Assembly: GCA_043228905.1 (NCBI GenBank)
Contig: JBHGNT010000012.1
Coordinates: 10,850,001 to 10,914,000 of the forward strand
Source: Azolla caroliniana
Taxonomy: Eukaryota > Plantae > Polypodiophyta
Length of the DNA stretch: 64,000 nt
Direction of reading: 5' to 3'
Positions 13,469-24,976 of this stretch are shown here, piece after piece. Every line of letters starts with the position of its first letter. Within the stretch, counting starts at the first letter, position 1. The notes under the pieces are model-generated. The model had not been told where the DNA came from. It saw nothing but the letters and a program-made list of their open reading frames with translations, and did not search any database. The position numbers and the translations under genes were made by a program.

Positions 13469-14358
13469 AAGTTACCCTATTAATACATTGTAGTTGGCAA
13501 CCGAAAAACATCCCCTCGTAGTTCACTATTTGATGTATTGATATATTAATTTTGATCATTGACAAATGAATCGATATATTTTGTCTTTCTTCTACAATGT
13601 TTAGAGTATTTATTGAGCTTGTTTTGTAAGTGTTCATGGTAATTATAGAGTTGCTTGTTTCTATGGTTTAGGGTGTGAAATCTTCAATACTTAGTACCAT
13701 CAATATGGCCCAAACTTATTCAACTATCAATGCTAGTAGTCTAATCCCTATTGTGTTAAGTCTCTATTCGACTCTGACTATGTGCAGTCAAGGAGACCAT
13801 ACTTCGCAAGTATCAATATACATATTAGTTTAGTACTAATGTCAATTGTAAGTGTTCACTAATACATAGTAGTCTCCCGAAGTATCTCGGTTAGATGGAT
13901 ACATACATTTTATTTTAGTACTAATATGAATGTCAAATTTTTCCCTACTACATTCATGGCTGCATGACAAATTGACAATAGAATACATTCTCATTCTCTA
14001 CAATTAGCAATATAGAATTTTATTTGTAATCAACACAATCATGGCTACATGACAATTGACAATAGAATAAATTCTCATTCTCTACAATTAGCAATATAGA
14101 ATTTCACATTACACTACAACACTAGATGAGTGATCTAATCTTCATAGCATTTCACAGGGGTAATTTAGACAGTACGCTAGTAACAGTTCTGAGAAACACG
14201 GCTCACTATATGGCTGAGATCCGTGAGAAGTGGCTCATGGCGGCTCTCAGGAAGAGAGCTGTAGTTCAACACAATCATGGCTGCATGATAATTAACAATA
14301 GAATATATTCTCATTCTCTGCAATTGGCAATATAGAATTTCACATTACATTAACAACA

Positions 14359-17300
14359 CTAGATGCTACTATACTCTCCTTCTTGGGTGGTCTTTATTGC
14401 CCTATCATCATCGGTGATGCTAGTATACTCGTTCTTAGTACAATTAGACTCCTGTATGTGGGTTGTGGTAGTACTCATGGTCAACTCTTGTACGGTGGCT
14501 GTCACCTCATTCTTAAGACAACCGTGCTCCCCTTCTTTGGTGGTCTTTATTGCTTGGTCCTCATGGGTGATGCTAGTATGCTCGTTCTCAGTACAATCAG
14601 GCTCCTCTTCATTACTAGCGATATTCTTTCCACAATCCTCATGGGCATCTTTAGACACTACTAGCACATTCTTAGTACAATCAGGCTCCTCTTTAGTACT
14701 AGCTATATTCTTTCCACACTCCTCATGGGCTTCTATAGACACTACTAGCACATTCTCAGTACAATCAAGCTCCTCTTCAGTACTAGCGATATTCTTTCCA
14801 CACTCCTCATGGGATTCTTTAGACACTACTAGCACATTCTTAATACAATCAAGCTCCTCTTCAGTACTAGCGATATTCTTTCCACACTCCTCATGGGCTT
14901 CATTAGACAAATTGTTGTTTGTACATGCCAGCTACTCTTCAAATATGAATGCTTCCTTTTTTTCACAATCCTCATGTGTGGAAGATGTGCTCCCAGAGTC
15001 TGCCTCTGTGCAAAGGTTAATCCCAGAATCTGACTCTGCACTTGTGCTCCATATAGTTCCCGATTCATTTGATTGCAGTTGGGAATTGAACTGCTCTTGT
15101 AAACCTAAATAATGGGATTCTAGAGAATATTAGTATCAACTCACATACTCAAAAGTTTGCAAACATACCAACAACAATGAACATATGGTTAATAGCCACA
15201 TTTTTACCTATTGTTACATCGTCATATTGTATAGTCGTAGACAACCCATTGCAAGTGGTAAGCTCGGTCATCTTCTCCACAACATCTAAGTGTTCAACAG
15301 GTTGGAGCTCATTGTCAATAGAAGATTTCATAATAGTATCTATAGAATGCACCAAAATCACCACTATAATAGGGTCGTTATGATCTAAATCATTGTTTTC
15401 TTAGAGGGCTTTTGACGTGTACCTGGGAGTGTGATAAATTCGTCTTCATGATCAGATTTTGGACTCGTATCTCCCTCACCAAAGATCATTTCGTCATCAA
15501 CTAGTAACACAAGTACATGGTATTAGACAATGCATTAGGTTGACAACTCCCCGGACAAGTGAGAACATATATGACTCACCATTGCATTCAACTTTGCCTT
15601 TCTTGCCCTTTCCATACAACTTTCTTGCAACATTCCTCTTCTTAGTGGGCTCTTTTTTAAAGATATGCTAACTCAATTTGTGTTACCTGGATTGTTTTGA
15701 TGTTGACCGGAGCTTGGGGAATTTGTTTGTAGAAGCATATGTTCCACTGCTCCAATGGCCCTTCTCATACATTCATCTTCATCATAAAACTCATAGGTTA
15801 TTGGTAATGATGGTCCCTGAACCTTGGAATGTGCAGCAGATACCGAGGGTTTAGGCACAGGGGATGGTTGTTCCATTACCGGTGTGGAGTTGCTTGACAC
15901 TACAACATTCATTGCAAGAAACAAAAAAAACTTCAACGTTAGTACCATGATATAAAAATACAATGTAGGTCACAAGAGCTGCATTACTAAATCATTCGGC
16001 TACACCTAGTTCCCATATTACACATCTAGTACTAATAGTGAACAATGTATTACACACTTAGTTCCCAAATTACACAACTAGTACTAATCATGAACAATGT
16101 ACTACTCACTTAGTTCCCAAATTACACAACTAGTACTAGCCGTCAACAATGTACTACTTAGTTCCCAAATTACACAACTAGTACTAATCGTCAACAATGT
16201 ACTACAAGTATAATGTGTACTAACACTAGTACTAGGCACGTTGTAATATAGATTGGACTGACATCTAATCCAACAAATGTAGATTGGACTTTAGTACTAA
16301 CGTGGTATTTTGCACACAAGTAATACTAAAAGTGATATGTGTTCTACACACCTAATTACATAACTAGTACTAATCACACCAACAATATTAATCTTCAACA
16401 GTATTAGTACTAAACGTGATATGTGTTTGACACACCTCATTTCCAAATTACACAAACTGTACTAATCTTCAGCAATTTACTATACCCATTGTATCCAAAT
16501 TACATAACTATTATTAATCGTGAACACTGTACTACACAACTAATTCCCAAATTACACAAATAGTACTAATAGTCAACAATGTACTACAAGTATAGTGTGT
16601 ACTAAACTAGTACTAGGCAAGTTGTAATATAGATTGGACGAACAACTTATCCAACAAATACATCTAAACAACTTCCTTCATTAGTACTAAAGTGGTATTT
16701 TGCTTACAAGTAGTACTAATCATGATATGTGTTCTACACTCCTAATTCCGAAATTACATGTTTAGTACTAATCGTTCACAATGTACTACATACCTTGTGC
16801 TCAAATTACATAACTAGTACCAATCCTGAACAATGTCACACCTGGTTCCCAAATTACTCAAATAGTACTAATTCTTGAAAATATCCGTTCAACTACCCAT
16901 ACCAATTATATATTAAGAGTACTACCAATCTTAACCCACATAAATAGGGTTCCACATATTAGTTGTTGGGCTACAATAGTACTAATCCATTGTTTTCCTA
17001 AATTTGAAGTATGAATTGTGGCGTACATTAGTTCTAATCCAAATGTAAATTGACATCATATAATACAAACAATAGAATAGTAGAGCCACATACCGTACGT
17101 GTGTACTTTTAAACCCCAAGCATAGTACCACTCAACAACAACTGTAGTTTTACAGTCCATACATGTATTTTCTTTCTCAAAATGATACTTAGCACATAAC
17201 ACAAGATATGTGTGCAAGCATGGTGTAATCACAACATCCATAGCCTCAAGCTTGAATCTAAGGCCACAAAATATACACCTGGCAGATTGCAAACACAAGT

Positions 17301-18378
17301 TATAATATATTAGCTAATATGATATTTATACCACAGAAGTAGAAATAAATAACTTTTAAAGCCAATACAGTGATATACTAGTAATGGTACTTTCCATACC
17401 ACTTGGGTGCTCAATTACAGATGGACACAAAGTTGCAAAACCTTTTTGTTTTAAATCCTACATCAAGCACACAAGGTTCTTGGAATGCAACTTTAAAGCT
17501 GACAACTTATTATCTAGTTTGCAATGTGCATTTCTGCAAGTATCAAGGTCTCTCATCTATGATCCTAATTGAGTGCCCATATTGTTCAGCTCTTTCTTCA
17601 ACTCCTCTTTCAACACCTCACTTTCTGAATTTTGGATTGTCGATGCAATCCATTCATATGTAGTCTTTATTGAAGAGAATTGCTTTTCTGCTTGTATCTC
17701 AGCTGATTTAACTGTTTCCAAATTAGCAAGTAGTGCTTGTATTCTTGAGCTCATAGAAGCTATGCAACTGGCCATAATCTGTTCATGCCTTTTAGTCACT
17801 GTTGCCTGTAGCTTTGAAGATTGAACTTGGTGGATAGGTGTTGTAGCCGGAATATCCACATGAGAGGTTCCCGATGACTTCAAGCCAGTGTTGGTACTGG
17901 AGGACCCTTTATAATGTTCTGATCGGTGGCGATTAAAATCTTACCAATCTACGTCAATGCCACCCTGAACTTCACATGCAAATGCATGTGCAAAAACAGT
18001 ACCCACCTCATTGTTACATATTTGATTAGTATCATAAGCATGTTCATATCTCGTCTTCAATAAGTTCACATATTCCTTCTTCAATCGACTTATGTGGAAT
18101 CCTCGCCTTGTATCGGGATGTGGTGACCGCTAGGTTTTTATCAACCACTCTCTCAACTCTTCATAAACTTCAGGTCGTGCTCGAAGGAAATAACGCCATC
18201 CAAGAGATGTGTCTCGAATGATGGAGTGGCACATCTTCTTGCTTTCTTTGATAGGTGTCCTTTTTCTTTCCTTCACTGGTGTCTTCACTTTCTCTTTCAC
18301 CAATGTCTTCTTTATGGGTGTCCTTCTCATCATTGTCCTAGTCTTCACTATTCTTGTTGAAAGAATATGCATGTACAA
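14359..18378 (-). pseudogene. Multi-exon passenger gene of the DNA transposon: Lys-rich N-terminus, coiled coil, RING-like zinc finger, acidic 28-aa repeat C-terminus
   Basis: The minus-strand ORFs 18378-18130 and 17883-17557 share a frame. The exon at ~17290-17100 reads CIFC...PCLHTYLVLC...CMDC. ORF 14910-14359 has four copies of EAHEECGKNIASTEEELDC. Exon joins are only partly resolved. Confidence 0.6.
15990..16870. repeat. Degenerate ~50-bp tandem array with a higher-order duplication, rich in TAGTACTA, in an apparent intron of the passenger gene
   Basis: TTCCCAAATTACACAACTAGTACTAAT..AACAATGTACTAC recurs many times. The block at ~16170-16380 is repeated at ~16545-16790. Confidence 0.85.
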
Positions 18379-19079
18379 GAAGAAAACTCATCAAAATACC
18401 ATCAACAACCAGCAAATCATCATAGCCAACTCAATCTAAGTTGCATGTACAAGCCATGTCAAACACACACAAACCCTAAATAGTCGGAAAAAACTCATCC
18501 ATGTCAAACACACACAAAATAAAAACTGACTGATAGGAAACACAAAGAAAACGAAAACATACCAGTTGGGCATGTACCACATAGAATATGAATAATCAAA
18601 CCCTAAAAATGCAGCACAACGAATACCTGGAGGTCGTACAAGTTGCAGATGGAATGATGGGTCGAAGGCAGATGGAGCCAAGGTCAAGGTAGAGGTACCA
18701 CACCGTGTTGATTTCTTCACCTTGGGATGACACCAATCCGAGAAAATCACCTATATCCAAGAGGTTGTTGACGAGGCTGTTACAGAGGAGACAAACGAGC
18801 ATACACAGAGGAGACAAATGAACATACACAAAGAAAGCACATCAACAACAAGAACAACGAGCATAGAGGGGAAACAACAATCTCTGCATATACAAAGTTC
18901 AGAGATCGTAGGGAAATAACAACAAAAATCAGGCACAAAGGGAACACAACAAGAATTACGCGGGGAAATAGAGAATCGAAGGTGGAGTGAGAGAGAGCAA
19001 GAGAGAAAGAGAGAGATAGATAATAGATATGTGTTTGATTTCTAACTTTCTATCACTGTTTGACTGACAACTTTGAGAC

Positions 19080-19136
<57 letters not shown>

Positions 19137-19141
<5 letters not shown>

Positions 19142-22100
19142 ATTATTATCTTCGGAGGTCAAATATGACCTATGAGACTAAAAATATTACATTTCACGTG
19201 ATACGTGTGAAAGTGAGCAGTGACTCTTGATGTTCAAGAACTTTACCAATGAATGTTGCAATCGAGAGTGCGCATTGTGGTTGTGAGAGGAATTCATGCA
19301 AAGATTGGGCTCGGTCGAAGAGATGTGGAAAGCATGGTCAAGTATGATCAAAGGTAGAGCATTGTATCAAAGTGTGATACTCAGACTCGCGAACTTGTTT
19401 AGGGCAAAGTGTGCATAGCTGATCACTCTCATCACTTGTGCCCCAACGCCCTGTTTCACATCGCAATGCATGTGAGCTAAGTCGCATGGAAGCAATGGTT
19501 CGAATGGCAGATAACGGTATGGGCTCTAACATGTAGCGATGTGTACGATTTCCCCGTTCCGCAAAGAATATGGTTTTGTAGTTAGGTGCAACATGTGTAG
19601 CATAATGTGTGAAGCGCGAGCCTCCACATTTGTCCCATGCCATGATATATTGGCATTGCAAAAAGGCCTCATTTACAAAGGAATCTAATGATGCATCATG
19701 AAGCAAGTGCCTCACATCCCATCTACCAAACCATTTTTCTATATCTTGCATCCAACCGGAACACAAAATTTTGCTTTTATGCGTCTTTTAGATCTTTTTG
19801 CTTGCTTCCCATGGAATTCTAGGAAGTCGATGTGAGGGACTTTTTTGAACCTTAAGCATGTATTCAACAACCCTTTCCATGGCCATGATCTCAATGGGAA
19901 GCGATCTCGTCTCATGGAGAAGGAGGGTGCACGACATTTGTTTCTTAACTTGTAGAAACTTTGTAAGAAAATGTTTTTGGACATTTTCAAACTCTTTCCA
20001 CCTAGTTTTAGGGATGCTACCGCCTAATACTTCCACACCATAGAGAAGAACCGATGTCACCAAAGTGTCGAAAAGATATTTCTTGAGGACCCAACACTTA
20101 ATATCTCCAAGATTGCATGTGTTCTCAAATGAATAGTATGCTCGCTTACCTGCCTCTAAGCGGTGTGTAGCACATTCATTCCATCTATGATTTGAAGGAA
20201 CTTCAAGGCCAAGATATTTGAAGCTTTCCACACATTCAAGTGACTCATTGTTGTACATAATGCATGGTTTATCTCTTTTTTGGCTCTTCACAAGCATAAT
20301 CTTTGTTTTAGAGCTATTGACACTTAATTTAGTATGCATGCAAATTTTTTCCAATGCCTTCATAAGCTTTTGTGCATCTCCTAAAGTATTTGCAAAAAGC
20401 ACTACATCATCTGCATATAGCAAAAGCATAATCACAACATTCCCAATGACAACTTCTTCAACACATTCTTCCTTTGCAAACTTGGTAAGCATTTCTTCCA
20501 ATTTATCAATGCATAGACCAAATAGTGTTGGTGAGAGTGGGCATCCTTGCTTAACACCAATAGTGCTTTTGAAAAAAATCTGAAAGTTTATCTCTCATGC
20601 GCAGACAACATATAACCTTCTCATAAATTCGGGAAATTGCAAGCATATATTCACTTGGCACCTCAAGTTCTTCCATTCGCCTCCAAAGATGCTCACGAGG
20701 TACCATATCAAAAGCTTTCTTGAAGTCTACAAAGCAACAATATAAACCTTTACCTCTAAGGTGACTTTCCTCCATTAATACTGGAAGGGTGATAAGGTGA
20801 TCAATGGTGCTATGGTGTTTCCGAAAGCCAACTTGTCCATAAGCTCTCTTACCACTTTTTTTAGCCCATACACTTATCTTTGATTCCATTATACATCCAA
20901 ATAGTTTTTCCATTAATGAGCCAACCATGATGGTTCGATAGTTGTTTACATTATTTATATCTCCACCTTTATGTAAAGGTTTGATCCAATTTGTAGTCCA
21001 ATCGTACGCCATACCATGTTGCAATGCATCATTAAACATATCGCTTATCCATATATGTGCCTCCTTTCCCGTCCATTTGAGCATTTCTGCCTTTATACAT
21101 TGAACATCGCTTGCCTTTTGAGAGGCCAATTTCTTAAGTCCTATGCATATATCATCAATTGTAAAGAAGGGAGGCATATGTGAAAGAGAACCATAACACA
21201 TCATCTTTCCGGCAAGAGATAACTCATATAAATTCTTACAATGCATAGACAAGTCGTGAAGAGTTAAGTCACCATAACTCTCATCACGTTTCCCCTTTAA
21301 ATTTCCCCAAAATTTAGCACATGCATGTGCTTTCTCTTGCGTTTGGATAAATTGGTGAGTAACTTCCCATATTCTTCTCTTTCTTTGAGTAAGCCTTTTA
21401 TACTCATGCAAATGCTTTTGGTAATTTTCTTTATCCTTAACTACATCCAAAACCATAAGGCACTTTCGAGTTTCACGACATTCTTTATCAAACCATTTTT
21501 TCCTAAGTTTCTTGGTGCATTTCCAAGATGTGCGGTTGGTCGAAAAACATTTGTTTGTACAGGAGAGAATGACTTTCTTGAAAGCTTCCCATTTGCATTC
21601 TAGTGTGGCACCATGTTGTATCTTTGTCATTTGTAACATATCCTCAACCATCTTGGAATACATGGGTGCTCGCTTAAGGTTCATGCTCAAGTGTGGTTGT
21701 TTATTATCTTCAATAGCCTTCTCACAATCAAACCTATGCATAAATTTGACATCAATACATAAAGGCCTATGATCGGATTCCGGTGTCCATTCACCAAGTG
21801 AGAATTTATGTATACGATCCAAAATACCTTCGGAAAGTAGCACATAGTCAATCACACTATTTCCGTTGTGTTTTCTACATGTAAAACCATTAGTGTTGGG
21901 CCATAAGGAAATACCATTTGCAATAAGCAATTTGGTACTATTGCACATTTGTAGGAGTAACTTCTCAAATTGGTCTGGATCTTTTTCATTGCTAGAAGAG
22001 CGGCTATACATTTGCATATCCTCTTGCATCCTTGAGATATGTGGCATGAAAGATTCTTGTGAATCAAGTTGGAAACTTCTTGTACGAGCATTCATGTCAC

Positions 22101-23697
22101 CAAAGACAATAACTTCCCCTTTGGATTTGAAATTAGCAATATCATCCTCTAGATTGGCAAACGGTTGATCTTTATCCAAACAAGCATAAACGGTAGAATC
22201 TTGATGAGGAATGTAACATCCAACTACAAAAGTGGGCAAATCATTATTTTGAGCCATATGTAGCATTTATTTTCATCATTTTTTATGATTGACACATATT
22301 TCTCTATTTCCTTCTTAATCAAACATGCCACCCATCCTTGTCCTCTTCTTTGTCTTGGATTTTTCTTCCATATCAAAGAGTGTACATTATAGTTTCCTAA
22401 ACCTTGAATCCTTTGAGTATCATGCTCCCATGTTTCACCAAGAAGTGTGATATCCGAGTCACCGGTGAACTCCTCTATGCCAAATCCCGCATTCCATGGG
22501 TATCCATTGCAATTCCAAAAGCATAGTCGTAAAAGGCGTGGGTTAGTCTCATAGATCACGTGTCCCTATTTGCCTACATTTCCATCTTTAGGCACATCCT
22601 TAACCTTATTTTTCAATCTTTCTTCATATGCTTTATGACAAGCATTTTGTTGTGAGATAGTATGATCTTCACTCACAAAGCATTGCGTACCTTTGAGGTG
22701 TACCCAACTATTTTCGTGTATGATCTGCCGCTTTGTATCATCTTTCATTGTGCATACAATAGGCCTTTCTATGGAGCGAGTAACACCATGTTTCCCAACT
22801 CGGTGTGCCCCATATACATTCACATCTGACATCCCATAATACATGCTAAAAAATTCACCAATGGCCTTTCCAAGGGATGCGGGTGTTTCCATACTCTCTT
22901 CTTTAATCCCATAGACGGCAATGTTCTTTGATTGTCGTTCACGTTCTTTCAATTCTCGGACATCTATGCTTTCTATATTCTTCTCTTGATGCATCACATG
23001 CATATTAGATGAGTTTGATAGCACATCCCCATCACATACATCGGCCCATGACTTCGTTGTACATACATTTTTCATCTCACTTACACCCGCCTCATCGTGT
23101 CCAATTTTTCTTCTTTTAATACTTCCTTTAACTCAATCTTGTTAAGGCGCTCATTTTTTTCGAAAGAAGATCTTTTACATTCTTGAATCTCTTCTTGAAG
23201 TTTTGCAACCACTTGTTTAAGACTTTCATTCTCAATGAAAACACTTTGGAGCTTAGAATTCTCTTTCATTAACGTCCTAATCTCTTCACCTTGCTTGTTT
23301 ATGGTTTCTTGAAGAGAAATCAAGTGACTCATAAGCATTTTGTTTATTGCATTGGAATCGAGATTTGTTGGTGATCTCGGCTCATTATCAATCATACCCT
23401 CGAACTTTGCGGCGGCTTTACGAGTATTTGCCATTGTAGGGAAAAACCCTACGGGAAGAGAGAGACAGAGAGGAAAGGAGAGAGAATGTACCTCTCACTC
23501 GATTTAGGGCTTCAAAATCTACCTTGCGTTTGAGGAACCGTGGGGCAAAGATGGCTGCAGATGAAAATGCCCAGAACTTCTTGCTACGGTAACAGAATTC
23601 AGTAAATGAACATTCTTTAGAAAGCTCTCTGAAAGAGCTTTCCAACGAGCTATAGAACATAGAAAATGATGGCCGGAGTGAACTTACAGAGAGCTTT
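19137..23697 (-). mobile_element. Full-length non-LTR retrotransposon (LINE), RTEX-like; ORF1 ~23434-22566, ORF2 ~22559-19210, frameshifted
   Basis: ORF1 has a coiled coil and KNIAVYGIKE. ORF2 has an APE endonuclease (WNCNG, GDMNAR, IDY, SDH), RT (VDFKKAFD, GVKQGCPLSP, LYADD) and C-terminal SSHALRCETGRW..CTLC..ESEYH...C. It has an (AAT)n tail and (GA)n on both flanks. Confidence 0.9.
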
Positions 23698-23713
23698 GAG
23701 AGAGAGAGAGAGA

Positions 23714-23888
23714 TGGTAAGGTTGCCCAATGGAGACCAGGTGGTCATGGGTTCAACCCCTACATTCCACAGTGGCATCTAGTGAAATAGAGATATATATG
23801 AAGTATATAATAAAGAGATGAAGAAATTGGGTTTCGAACCCAAGACACAGTGCTTGTAGTGTTATCGACTTACCACTAGGGTAAGCTA
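23714..23888. other. Two convergent tRNA-like (Pol III box) relics in the transposon subterminal region
   Basis: Plus strand: TGGTAAG...GGTTCAACCCC (23749-23759). Minus strand: AGTGGTAAG...GGTTCGAAACC (23840-23830). No intact cloverleaf. Confidence 0.5.
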
Positions 23889-24288
23889 ATTGCGATAAAA
23901 GAGAAAGAGAGAGAGAGAGAGAGAAAGTGTGAGAGAGACTGACCAACTGACACGTTCGACTACCAATACCAGAGAGAGAGAGAGAGAGACTAACCAACTG
24001 ACATATTCGAAACCTTCTCTAGGTCTACTTTTGTACAACTCTACCAAGGAGAATGATGTTATAGTTAATGTATTAAATACGGCCTTGGGACACTTCGATT
24101 GTGACATATAATATCTTTGTACATTTGTATTGAATTTGTTATTTGAATTTGAACCTCATTCAATGGATGATAATCCACTATTTTCTGCACTAATTGTTTT
24201 ATATTCAATTTTTTTATGTTTATTTTCTTCCTCGAGTTAGTACTAAATTTTTGGCCAAAAGTTGGTACACCGTAGCATGCTTCGACCC

Positions 24289-24976
24289 ACCAACATTTGG
24301 TATTAGAGCTCAAGGTTCTTTCGATTCTACTATTGCCATCTATCTAGTCTCCATCATCAACTTTTCTTTTGTACACCGTGAAGATCTCGGTTGGCAACTC
24401 TCCACAAGATCATTTTTGCAAAGAGAAACATCGACAAAATCTACACTCCATTGTTCTAAATCACCATTGAAGTGAGTCAATCGGCTACACTTCACTCCTG
24501 TGATTGTAGCCGCTTGGAGTGAGATTTTCCTTCACAAGCTCTGCCTCAACCATACTACATTGGATTAGAAGCTCGATAGAACTAAGAGCAATGCTGCTTA
24601 TGAGTAGTCTCCCCCCTTCGTGGGAAACTTTCATTACAACTGTGTGCAATGTGTCGACTGTTGCGTTAAGTACTCCTCAATCACGAGCGCAATTCTGACT
24701 GATTTAACTTGAAGGAAATCGTTTGCGAATGATTCATCCAATACCGGTTACATAGTACAAGGTTCGACTGATCGATCGAACAACCGAGGAAGAGGTTCTT
24801 CACGGTAACCGAAAAACCCGCGAAGTCAGAGCAAATCCTAGGATAATTGAGTCTGCAATTATTGCAAGAAACCCGGACACATCAAAGCCGATTGCCGTGC
24901 ACTCAAGGCAAAAAGTGATAAGGCTCAGCGAGCTGATCAAAAGAGTGGCCGGCATGAGGAGGTCAACTACATCGGC
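24289..24976 (+). mobile_element. Copia LTR end, PBS and decayed gag; the host element into which the DNA transposon inserted
   Basis: CCAACA-tt-TGGTATTAGAGC (iMet PBS), LPPSWETFIT and zinc knuckle CNYCKKPGHIKADC. Confidence 0.8.

Larger units (their letters stand above)
9263..24288 (+). mobile_element. Sola2-like TIR DNA transposon (~15 kb; ~10.5 kb without the nested LINE)
   Basis: 26-bp TIRs: GGGTGGAAGCATGTTACGGTGTACCA (9263-9288) and, as reverse complement, GGGTCGAAGCATGCTACGGTGTACCA (24263-24288), 2 mismatches. 4-bp flanks ACGA/ACCA. Internal DDD transposase. Confidence 0.85.

Noticed and set aside
14363-15112. 249-aa Ser/hydrophobic ORF on the plus strand
   Set aside because: It is the antisense shadow of the repetitive minus-strand coding exon.
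9812-16870. CRISPR-like appearance of the regular repeat arrays
   Set aside because: Units are contiguous tandem repeats without unique spacers, no cas genes are present, and the context is eukaryotic.
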